From: Octopus sinensis | Taxonomy: Eukaryota | Length of the DNA: 64,000 nucleotides | Reading direction: 5' to 3' | Assembly (NCBI RefSeq): GCF_006345805.1 | Contig: NC_043015.1 | Span: 50,964,001 to 51,028,000, forward strand | Shown here: piece by piece, positions 41,695 to 53,770 of the stretch | Layout: every line of letters begins with the position of its first letter | Numbering within the stretch: position 1 is the stretch's first letter | Program-made: the position numbers and the translations under genes | Notes under the pieces: model-generated | The model's database searches: none | The model's input: the letters and a program-made list of their open reading frames with translations, nothing else | What the model was told of the DNA's origin: nothing

Positions 41695-44600
41695 CACACA
41701 CACACATTATTTAAAATCGTTTGATTTGGCTTCATGCGACTTTAAGTTTTACAGGATTCTAACAGAAACCTGGTTCTAGGCTCAGATTACCAAATGAATA
41801 AATACAGGAAGTTCCCAAAGAATTCCATGCACCACATGGCTATGATGCACCTCCACAACTTCTGCTCATGATCAAAGATGCACATATCGTCAGTCACTAA
41901 GGGACATGCTCTACTGGTTAAGGTCAAACAACTGACAAGCAAATCTGTGGTATTGAGCAGAATATTTGCTGTAGCCCGTCTTTTATACCAAAACAAAATA
42001 TGTTCATGATGACACTTCCAATCAGTTAAGATCAGAGGCCATGAGAGCCACTACCTGGTATAGCATCAGGGCAAAGTCACTACCTGATACTGCATTATTA
42101 TTATTATTATTATTGAGTGAAAGAGCAGTGCATGCCATCAAAGTGACACTGGGGTAAAATATACGAAACCCAGTATACCCATCATGACTACCCGTCTGAT
42201 AAGGGTACACTAGGCACATGCATCCCAACCACATGTGAACGGCATGGTGATCTCACATCAAGATAAACAGCGCATGACCTTGCAGGTGGGGCCCAGTTAG
42301 AATTTTCTTCTGGTCAAGTTTATTATTATTATTATTATTATTATATTATTATTATTATTGTTATTATCATCACCATTGTTATAAGCTATTTTTGTCTGTA
42401 CATCTAATTATTTTTCTATTTTTATTCACCGTACCGATGTTGGGTGCAATCAATTTCAATGTCAGATAGTTATTTTATATGTTTTTCTTTATTTTATTTG
42501 TATTTTTGTTTTCTCTTTTACATAATTACAGCCAAGTTTAAACATATAATTGGCAGCGAATAGTTTTGTATTTTTTGTTGTTGTTGTTGTTAGTTTATGG
42601 TAGCAAATTGAGTCGAACGGTTGGTTGTTGTTGCGCCATTATTACCTGTTGAGAACATGCAAACATTGGCGATAATGTTTTGGCATTGCTGTTGTATTTA
42701 TTTATTTATTATTATTATCTTTTTCATTTTTTGGTTTCTTCTCTCTTCCTGCTGCTTTTTTTTGGTTAATTTGCCTTCAAATTTATGCCTTCCCACCTGA
42801 TTTCCTTGCTGGTTTTGGCTGACTGACTTCCTGATGTAGCCTGCTAGGAATGCCAAGCACAAGCCACTTCCACCTCCCACCCGTCCTCCTCTTCCTTGCA
42901 TAGTAGACAACTACACACAGCAGTTATACTTGTTTGCTCTCGGCTATACACAATAGATTTAATTAATTTTATCTAATTGATGGCCTTTTTATTGAAATCG
43001 GCTGGTCCTGCACCGGAGCTGTACAATCTAGCGTTACCTTCCCTACATTATATTTGCACGACTAACCAATTCCTATTGATTTTTGATCTTTTCTTGTTAT
43101 ACTTTCACCAAGCGGATTGTAAAGCAAATTTGGAAGAAAATAATAAGGAAGGACAGGGGAAAAAGTGTGGAAAAAATTTAGTTGTTTTATTAAGAAAACA
43201 TGATAAATTTCAATGTCCAAATACCATTTGGATATGAATGGTGTCTGTTTAAGAATTATTAAAGCTCTTTACATTTCACACTACAGCACACCAAACTACC
43301 AAATCTTTAATCTCTAATCCTGTTCTTTGACATATAATTCTTTATCAATGCATTCACCGAACCTTAGAAATGGAAACTGTCATGCTTTTTTTTTCTTATT
43401 TGTGTATTTTCATTTCAAATTCTAACACTTAATGTTCTCACTTTTCTGTTTATTTTTTTAATTTTTTATTAAAAAAAAAAATTTTTTTACATAGAAAACA
43501 AAATGATTTGGTGTTATTGATCTATCTAATGATTATGAGTTCAATATTTTGCCACTTATAGGCAGAAACATATTAGACGTCGTTAGCCTAAACGATTCCC
43601 AGCTAAAGCTAGGTACCATTTTCACATATCGGCTCAGTAATTTGCACTAACGAGGGCAACAGATTGTAAAAGTAATGTTTCACAGACCACGTGAACCATT
43701 TTGTTGGGAAGGAGAACAAGAAAAAGAGGAAGAAGAAGAAAGAAAAAAGTGTTGAGATCATCATCATCATCATTGTTTTACCGACCGTTTTTCCATGCTT
43801 ACATGGATTGGAAGAAGTTTGTTGAGGCAAATTTTCTATGGCTGGATGCTCTTCCTGTTACCAACCCTTGCCTGTTTCCTGGCAAGGTGGTATTTTCTTA
43901 TGGTCAGACATGTTTTTTGCAGAATATTGGGACCAAGTGACATTCATTTACAAACCATCACACAGTGTCAATACAAGGAAATACAAACATGCACTCAGTT
44001 AGGATTTTGCTTCTCAACCACCCCAGCTTCATGGGGTTTTGGGTTCAGGCCCATTGTATGAAACCTAGCCCTGGGTTCATCAAAGCCCTGTGAAGGGATT
44101 TGATTGACAGGAACTGAAAGAATCTCACTGTACATACACATACACACACACACACACATGCACATACACACTCACACACACATACACACACATACATACA
44201 TACTGTTGTGTCTGGGGAGAGTCGTTTTGTTTTTGTGCCTTATAATGTAACACAGTCACTGGTAAAATTTCCAATTATTTCTTAGTTTTATTTTCCTAAA
44301 ATTTTCATTGTCTTTGTCCGTTATTTACACTGCGTTCCCTTTTTGTTTGTTTGTGCATATGTGTGCGGGTCAATGTGTGTGTGTGTGTGTGTGTGCCTAT
44401 GCATGCATGCATGTACGTATGTGTGTGTGTATGTATGTGTGTATATATGTATGCATGTGCGTGTATGTATACATGTGTGTGTATGCATATGTATATACAC
44501 GTATGTATGTGTGTGCATCTGTATGTATGTATTCTGCATATTCATGTGCTTGCATGTCTGTGATTGTGTATTTTCTATTTATGTGTGTGTGAGTGTGTGT

Positions 44601-45469
44601 TCGTATATGTATGCACCTCTGTCTCCTTGTGTGTGTGTGTGTGTGTGTGTTATGCAACTATGTACCATGTTTCTTTGTATGGATGTGTATCTCTATGTGT
44701 GTGAACACGTTTCTCCATATGTGTCCTTGTGTGAAGTAAAGTGTGTGTATATATATGGTCATGTGTTTCAGTCTCCATTTGCGTATGTATGCTTGTCTGT
44801 TCATATAAACTATGTACCTATCCATCTGTATGTTGTGAACAACATGTTTTGAAGTTATGGATTTCATGTAATAAGAGTGGAGGAACTGCACTCTATTGTT
44901 CAGTCTCTAACCAAAGTTCAGTATCAAGTACAGGGAATCTATTGTTGGGGTGCTTAGTGTGGTAATCTATTGTTACCTTGATACTTTGGTGGATGGAGTT
45001 AGCTATTTGCTGGATGCTCTCCATTACGTTCTTCTCAGTCTCTACATTACTGTCACTGGAGTTGGTCCTAACTATGATATTAATGCCATCTACTGTAGAG
45101 TAGAAGAGTTGTGGATTGTTCAGCTAAGTATTGTTTAAGTTTTCTGTCCCACCAGGTCCATGAAGAGGCTAGCCACATCTCCAGCTACACCGATGGGTGC
45201 ACCTTGAACCTGCATGTATAGTTTGTTGTTAAACTTTACTGTGTGGTTCTTCAAGGGCTGGCCCCTATTGCATGTGCAACCATTTCTTTCACCTGATTGT
45301 TGTTCTCAGGGTTTTTGGGTGGGTGTGGTCCAGCCACTCCAGCGAACATGTGGTATAAAACCGACAAAAGCACCACAGAGCGCTGGAGTGATTTTATATG
45401 TGTGTGCATACAGAGAGAAAGGGAGAGAGAGAGAGAGAGAGAGAGAAGGAAAGAGAGAGAGAGAGAGAA

Positions 45470-45507
<38 letters not shown>

Positions 45508-46312
45508 GAAAAATTGATTTATAAACAACAGAGCCTGAATATATAGTAATTCAGGGCTCAATTAAAAACAGGTCGTTAAATTGGAACAGATTATTACATT
45601 GCAGTAAATCCAGTAATTATCTATTTGGTGGTATCTATCTGAATGAAACAGCTGTTGATCAGAAATAGAGTATGGAGTACGTTTGAAATTTTTGCTTTTA
45701 TGCAAAATATGTTGCTCCTAAATACACACACACATATACACACACATACACACACCCACACACAAAACAATTCTTCGAATGAAGACAGGAAAAGATGCAG
45801 ACATTTTTGTGGTGAAAATTTCCTCGAATTAGCATTAAGTTTTCCGTTGTTCTTTTTTTACGTCTTTTTAACGAGACACAATATTCCAGACTAATGACAT
45901 GAAATTAAATAAAGTTGGCGGATCGGGGGTACATCTGACAGACTTTGATTTTTCTTTCTTTGTTACATTTTTTTTGTCTTATCAGCACTTCAGTGTCTTT
46001 TAGCAATTTCTGTATCAATTTAATTCTTCTTCTAATAGGTTGATATGCTGACTACACTCACATTATGGGAAATGAGAATGTAACATTGCTTATTTTAGTG
46101 CACTCAAAGTCAGTTTCAAAGAAAGCTGGAAAATATTTTAAAGTAGACTATTGTTATCGGAATGTATTAACGATATATTGAGTGGCAGCGAAATTGGTTT
46201 TACGCTATGAACTCTGTCCCTTTTGAACTAAATTTCAGCAGCGTTAAGCTCATACCGAATACCTCCTACCCTGGAAAGATAGTTAATGGTTTTTTGGAAA
46301 GAAATGCAAGTT

Positions 46313-46442
46313 CACCATCATCATCACCATCATCATCACCATCATCATCACCATCATCATCACCATCATCATCATTGTCATCATCATCATCACCATCATC
46401 ACCACCATCATCATCGTCATCACCATTACCATCATCATCATT

Positions 46443-46473
<31 letters not shown>

Positions 46474-46731
46474 CCATCACCATACCATCACCTTGATCAT
46501 CACCATCATCATCACCATCACCACCATGATCATCACCATGATCATCATCACCATCATTATCACCATCGTCACCACCACCATCATCATCATCACCATCATC
46601 ACCATCATCACCACCATTATCATCGTTATCATCATCATCATCACCACCATCACCATCATCATCACCATCACCATCATCATCACCACCATAATCGTCATCA
46701 TCATCATCACGATCACCATCATTGTCATCAT
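46313..46731. repeat. (CAT/CAC)n microsatellite
   Basis: Direct inspection; source of the poly-His/Ser ORF artefacts. Confidence 0.95.
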
Positions 46732-47480
46732 TTAATGCTAGTCTTGTCTACTGGCCTGGGCTGCACAGTTTGACAGGATCCAACAAGCCACAGGATTATG
46801 TCAAGCTCCAGTGTTTGCTTTGGCATGGTTTTCTATGGCTGGATGTCCTTCCTAAATGCCAACTGTGGAGGCACATGGCTTAGTGGTTAGAGTGTTGCAC
46901 TCATGATTGTAAAATTGTGGTTTCGATTCCTGGACTGGGCAACACATTGTTTCCTTGAGCAAAACACTTAATTTCATATTCCTCCAGCCCATTCAGCTGG
47001 CAAAGCTGCGTAGTCCTGTGATGGACTGGGGTCCCATCCAGGAGGGGATTGTATGCATCATGGAACTGGCCCTTTGAATCTATATGACTCAGGAAAGATC
47101 TTTAATCTTTTATCCTTATCCAAATCCTAATCCTAATCCCAACTGCTTTACAAAGTATTCTTGGTGACACTTGTCAGGTCACTCAGTGACTTAACGAGAT
47201 GAGAAAAGGAAAAGGCTACCTTGGCTGAATGGTGGGGGTGGTGGGGGTGGTGGGGGTGGTGTTTGAGAGAGGTGCAGGTGGTTTGACGCTAGGCATTAAA
47301 AGTCTCAGGTATGATAGAGAGACACACACAGGCACAGGTGTCTTGCTACGGAGGAGATTCATAGCTACCCTGACATTATATAACAATGTGTGGGAAAGAT
47401 GATACACACACACAAACATATATATATATATAAATATATATATTTATTTATATGTGTGTTATATATATTTATGTGTGTGA

Positions 47481-47513
<33 letters not shown>

Positions 47514-47665
47514 CATATATATAAAAGCAAAAGAAAAAAATTTCTATGCCTATATGCTGGGAAATAGACTTTAAATTATCAATCACTACATACACTGTAC
47601 TTCACTATGAATGCACATCATGCTGAATCAAGGAAAGCAAGCTACCAGAATTTTTTTTAAATGCG

Positions 47666-47728
47666 TTCTCACTATATTGAATCAATTTCCGGATTATTTC
47701 AACAGATATTCCCCTCGTCAGTAGAGAA
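47666..47728 (-). ncRNA. Type I hammerhead ribozyme motif
   Basis: Minus strand: UUCUCUA-CUGACGA-(imperfect stem II)-GAAA-UUG AUU CAA-UA^-UAG(UG)AGAA; intact core, 4-bp stem III, bulged 7-bp stem I. Confidence 0.6.
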
Positions 47729-48033
47729 TATGATAAGAAATAAATGAAATACTTACAAGCACCCATGGTAAAAAGCAGAAGCAAAAGTCATGACTACACA
47801 TAAGTACCCCAGTTATATCTAAATATAAAATTCCATAGCGAGCCTCAGCACACATGTGATTGGTCAGGAACCGCAACTTAGAGTGGTCACCAGTCCCAAA
47901 TTGTTTATAATTTTCACCTTTAAAGGTATTTTAATATGCTGGCCATTTGATGAAATTTTTGAAAAAATTTTATCCTACATTAGAAGTATATATATATATA
48001 TGTATATATATATATGTATGTATACATATGTAT

Positions 48034-48205
48034 AGGTATATATATTATATTAGAGGAAAAATTGAAACCAAGGAAGAACGAGTATCTCAAGTCATTTAGA
48101 ATAATTTAATTAGGGTATCACCTTACCATAATTAAATTATTCTAAGTGACTTGAGATGCTCATTCTGCCCTGGTTTCGATTTTTCCTCTAATATAATATA
48201 TACCT
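48034..48205. repeat. Long inverted repeat (~74-bp arms, 6 mismatches, ~16-nt spacer)
   Basis: tatattagaggaaaaattgaaacc...ataatttaatta pairs with taattaaattat...ggtttcgatttttcctctaatata. Confidence 0.9.
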
Positions 48206-48616
48206 GCTATAATGGAACCCTAATACGGATCCCTAGCTCCAGCCTTAGCTGTGATCTTGGAACCTAATGGTCGACCAACTATAGCGCTTACTGAGCGTAC
48301 ACACACACATTTATATACATACTTGCATACATATATAATACCTTAACATCTAATTATTGAAGTTGAAAAATTATCAGTAAAGCCATTTTAATTCGTTTTT
48401 TTTTTAATATATAATACTAGAGGCACAGGAGTGGCTGTGTGATAAGTAGCTTGCTTACCAACCACATGGTACTGGGTTCAGTCCTACTGCGTGGCACCAT
48501 GGGAAAGTGCCTTCTACTATAGCCTCGGGCCGAACAAGGCCTTGTGAGTGGATTTGGTAGATGGAAACTGAAAGAAGCCCGTCGTCTATATGTGTATGCA
48601 TATATATATGTGTATG

Positions 48617-48667
<51 letters not shown>

Positions 48668-48844
48668 ATGTGTGTTGTTTACACACCCATCTTCGTCTTT
48701 TGTCTTTTTGGTAAATTCTCACTATACACACGCATATACACATACATACACACAATTATATATATACATATATATATATACACACACACACACTCAAACA
48801 TGCATGCATACATACACACACATACACACACAAACATGCACGCA

Positions 48845-48868
<24 letters not shown>

Positions 48869-48875
<7 letters not shown>

Positions 48876-49090
48876 TAATATGTGACAATTATTTGGTAGC
48901 CATGATAAAACTCTGAGTTTCGGATGCCGAGGTGGAAACCCACAGTGTCATCTCCTCAGTTATCCAGCCATCGGAAAATTTTTTTCGATGGCTGGATAAC
49001 TGAATAGATGGCGACGTGTGTTTCTGCCCTGACATCCAAAACTTGGAGTTTTATCATGGCTACAAAATAATTGTCATATATTATATTTAT
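48869..49090. mobile_element. ~220-bp palindrome, likely Penelope-like inverted terminus; each arm carries a minimal hammerhead-like motif
   Basis: Arms are reverse complements around the A/T centre at ~48975-48985; left arm (minus) GAUAA-CUGAGGA-GAUG...CAUCC-GAAA-CUCAGAG-UU-UUAUC; right arm core decayed (CUGAAUA...AAAA). Confidence 0.65.
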
Positions 49091-49172
49091 AGATAAATTC
49101 CTTTATTTTACATAATATCGAGGTCTCTTTTGTTCTTTTGTTGTCTTACAATTTCTATCAATATATATATAT

Positions 49173-49230
<58 letters not shown>

Positions 49231-50692
49231 CTTTACTGGTTTCATTGATATTAAACATGGAGACGAATTAGATAAATTCAATAATGATGTGGCATTGAAT
49301 AATTATTCCTGTTGTTGCTGCTCTGTGCCTACGTACGCTTTTCTTCTTTGCTTCAATTAATTCCAGTTTTCAATGTTGTAAGTTGGGTTCAATTTATCCA
49401 TACCGGAGAATAGATGAATATATATATATATATTTTTTGTTGTTGTTGCTATCTCTGCAGTTAATATAAAAGACAAGGCCATACGGTGCTCTCTATGACA
49501 TCATTTAAATGCAGATATTCACTGCTGCATTGATAAAAAAAAAAAACTTTTTTAGTTTCGTTTCATAAGTGGATGACTCAGATTATTATTATTATTATTA
49601 TTTTTTTTTTTTGGGAGACCTATAAAAACTATTCTGAATGAATCTCCTAAGTTAGGTCTCTAGTAAGTAATGAATGTTTAATTAAGATTAACTGGAAGTT
49701 TTCATAAGAGGTAAAAAAAAAAAAATGCTGTATTTCTTTAGATGTAAACTTAGTCATGTTAGAGTTCTCAAGGCTTTTGTTGTAATGCTTGTTTGAAATC
49801 TATGTAGAACATAGTGTTCTGTTCATAATAAAGAACTGGAATAATACTTTTGTGCAGTCTTAAAGGAAACTATTTTGTTTACACGAAATCTTTCTTTGCT
49901 AATGTTGTAAAACCAAATGATGTGTTGTTGCCTACATTTTCTAAGAAATGTGTCATACCTGTGAGGCTAGAGAATTGGTTTTAATGAATCAGATAAATCT
50001 GGTTCCATCTTATCCGCGAGGAATTGAAATTTGGTATTCCCAAGACAAACCATTTCTGGTTTGTTGTTGCTTGTTACTTGTACTTGGGGTGACTTTTCAC
50101 CATTTTTGTTTTATAAATCTTAATGTTTCCAGTGTAGTTAAAGAAATAAGAAACCGAAGATGATGATGTTGAGTCTGAATAAATGAAAATTTTCAACATA
50201 GGTGTTGGTGTGGCTGTGTGGTAAGGAGCTTGCTTCCCAATCACATGGTTTTGGGTTCAGTCCCACTGCGTGGCACGTTGAGCAAGTGTCTTTTACTATT
50301 TTTTAAGCCTAGTACTTATTCTATTGGGATTTTCAGAAAGGGAATTTGTGCAGTCTGTGAGTGGAACAGTAAAAATATGCAAGACTTTTCTCAAATTTCA
50401 AATGTGAATTTTTCAGTGTTAACTACACCCCTAAGATGGAGCCTTGTATCTTGGTTGGAAACCAGTTGTCTCTTCAGTGAAAGATTTATAATAATTAAAG
50501 AATTGTAGAGACATCCATCCATACATACATACATTTATACGTGTGTGTCTGTGTTTGTTCCCTCCTATCACCTGGCTACTGTAACTTAGTGGTTTGGCAA
50601 AAGAGAATGCTGGAATGAATACCAGACATAAAAAATAAGTACCGGACTTAATTTGTTTGGGCAAACCAGGTAAGGGCAACGTTTTCCAAGAA

Positions 50693-50747
50693 TCAGGCTG
50701 CTTTCGAAATTGCTCCTCATCAGGTAGGCTGCGCTACTAAAACCTAA
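50693..50747 (-). ncRNA. Type III hammerhead ribozyme motif
   Basis: Minus strand: UUAGGUUU-UA^-GUAG CGCAGC CUAC-CUGAUGA-GGAG CAA UUUC-GAAA-GCAGCCUGA; perfect core, stems I and II formed, stem III with G-U pairs and one bulge. Confidence 0.55.
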
Positions 50748-51520
50748 AACAGTTCAAGGTAACTTATTTTCGGTTAGGCAAGCCATTGAGAAAACCATAC
50801 GGGTCACAGTTTGTCCATGACTGAACTAGACACTTCAAGGTAGTGCTCCAACATGGCAGCAGTCCAATGAGTGGAGAACTAGTGAAAGTAAAAGATTAAA
50901 AAAAAGATAAATAATTTCACTCATATGACTTTGGTTGATTGCAGGCAGTGAGATTGAACCTGGAACCTTGGGCTTGCGAACTGCTGTGGTGGAATCCGAA
51001 CACCCCCATGGATGGATAAATGAATGGTTCTGAAATGTATGATATGTATGCGTGCTGGAGATAGAGAAGAGTGTTGTATGCACAGCCATATATTATACAG
51101 AGTCGTAGAAGCTAAATAGAAGAGATATCGCTGGTTTACATGTGGGTGATTCGAACGGTTGGTGAACAAATATATAATAATTCCACAGTCACACTTGGGT
51201 AGGAATAGGACATTGTATACGAGATGTAGCTGTCGTCTTTGCCAAACAAATATATTTATTTTGTTTAATTAAACTTGATTATTTCATTTTACTTTAAAAA
51301 GAAATAAAAAAAATAAGAACTTTCAAGTTTGTTACAAAAAAAAAATGTACGTAATTTATTAAGTTATTTTTGTTAGTTTTTACAACGTTTCTCTGAAGTG
51401 GTTGTCATGTCGAGATTTTGAGATGAAACCCCATGCTGTTGTATCCATAATAAGAACAGCTTAATATTTTTCTATTTAAAAAAAAAATCTCTCTAGATTA
51501 AGTTTAAGAAATATATATAT

Positions 51521-51577
<57 letters not shown>

Positions 51578-52789
51578 ATGTGTGTGTATTTATAGTATTG
51601 AATCTAGCCGTAAGCCATCTTCATTGGAAATTGACAGAAAAATATATCTCAGACAACCACGATTACTTTTATTTATAGTTCGAATGTAATTTAAGAGGTA
51701 ATTTTTATAATGTCTAGGAGGACATCAAGGACATCACTTGTGAAAAAAAACGATTTCAATGAGATGTTTATATAAAGTGATGATGTTCAATTTCTTTTGA
51801 AGTTTTTGAAAAAGTAGAAGGTCCTGTTGTTGTTATAGTGTAGCCCCGAGTCAGATCTGATCGAGCAAGCCTATGATCAAAGATATTCAGTCATGACCAT
51901 GTGATCTTTTTTTCCTTTCTGTTTTTTTTTTCTCTGTCTTTGTTTCTTTTTCGAGACATTGTTATGAAGGTCTATGTTGTTATTTGTGTCTTTCCCATTT
52001 CTTAAGATGATTGTAAGATTTGAGGGTGATTTGTCTGTTGCTTGTAACAGGTTGTAAATCATTCCCATTTCTGAAGGTGATAGTATGATTTGAAGGAGAT
52101 TTACTTGTTGTTTCTAGCAAGTTGAGTAAATCATGTTACATGAAAAGTCAGACTCTTGTTGTTGTTGTTGTAGTACACCATAAGTTACAATGATACCCTC
52201 TACAAACTTCATCAGGGGTTCAGGGATGAAGGCAGAGCCAAAATTTAGACAGTTCTAAACCTGCTCTAGCAAACTTCAGAGCCATGCCAGACATGACAGT
52301 CCCATCGTTTTGTATATCTATGACAATATTGTCCACATTATTTCTGTCTGTGTTGGGTGTGTCTGAGTGTAATTCAGTTGCTATTTTTAACTGGCTAATA
52401 CTTCGAAGTCACTGTCAGTAAGAGTCTTCTTTAAGAATATTATAGGAGTGGCTGTGTGGTAAGTAGCTTGCTTACTAACCACATGGTTCTAGGTTCAGTC
52501 CCACTGAGTGATACCTTGGGCAAGTATCTTCTACTATAACCTCGGGCCGACCAGAGCCTTGTGAGTGGATTTGGTAGGCGGAAACTGAAAGAAACCTGTT
52601 GTATATATGTGTGTGTGTGTCTTTGTTTGTCCTCCCACCATTGCTTGACAACCGATGTTGGTGTGTTTACGTCCCCATAACTTAACAGTTCGGCAAAAGA
52701 GACTGATAGAATTAGTACAAGGCTTACAAAGAATAAGTCCTGATGACTGAAATAAATAAAAGAATATATATACATACAGGTAGCAGAGA

Positions 52790-53490
52790 ATATATTGTTG
52801 TCTAAATTATGCAAAAATGAAAATAACACTGACATCTCATTTTAACAGATATATTTGCCAAAATTACATAAAAATATCTTGAAATACTAAAGAGGAAGTT
52901 TATTCAAAAAATCACCATTGGCTTCAACCATGGCCTCCAGATGACTTTGAAATCTCCTGCAACTCTTCTGGATGGTCTCCTTGTTTAAAGATGGTGAATG
53001 CTGTCATAATCCTTGCCTTCAATTCATCTTTAGTGTTACAAGAAGTTTTGGTGGTCTCTCACTCAACTGTGCCCCACACATAATAATCAAGGGGGTTGCA
53101 GACTGGGGAGTTATGTGGCCAGATGTTATGGGTGATATGGTTGCAGAAATTGTCTAATGACTGGGTTCTCCTGCTTGTGTGTTTTGGTACAGTCTTGTCA
53201 CTAGACATAGGATCTTCCAGCAGCCACCTTCTTCACCCAGGGCAGCACTACCTCCTCCAGGCACTTGATGTAGGCCTCCTTGTTGAGTCTGAGGCTGTGT
53301 TGGAAGATGAATGGCAGCATAACGCCGCCGTCACTAGTGATCACTCCAAACACCATGATGTTGACTGGATGTTTGATATTTATCACTCTCAGTACATGTA
53401 CTCAGATTGCACTGTTCTCAGATTGACAACCAAATACTCTGAAATGTTCGTATTGGAGCTTCTGGCATGAATGCCAAGCAGTACAGCATG
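52790..53490 (-). mobile_element. Second copy of the same Tc1/mariner remnant, reverse orientation
   Basis: ORF 53201-53386 KHPVNIMVFGVITSDGGVMLPFIFQHSLRLN...; DNA similar to 26000-26700. Confidence 0.85.
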
Positions 53491-53650
53491 TTGCTTCCAA
53501 ATTTCTCTAAATATATATGTATAAAATTTAGGGAAAAACCACTATTAAACAATTCAATAAAGAAAGATGTTATTTACACCATATAGAAAACATATACTAT
53601 AAAAAAAAACCTTATTTTAAATCAATAAAGTACCATAAATAGTAGTAAAA

Positions 53651-53770
53651 AGACTACACACGTTTCATGGCTATATTTCCAAGTAGATAATAATAATAAA
53701 ATCAATTCGATTCAAAATTAAATCGAACTAAAATTAATTCTATTTAAAAATATAGTCACTTATCAGGTCT
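53651..53770 (-). ncRNA. Type I hammerhead ribozyme motif with long stem II and a G8A core variant
   Basis: Minus strand: AGAC-CUGAUAA-GUGACUAUAUUU...AAAUAUAGCCAU-GAAAC GUGU GUA^-GUCU. Confidence 0.6.

Noticed and set aside
46207-46773. Poly-Ser/poly-His ORF
   Set aside because: Translation of a (CAT/CAC)n microsatellite
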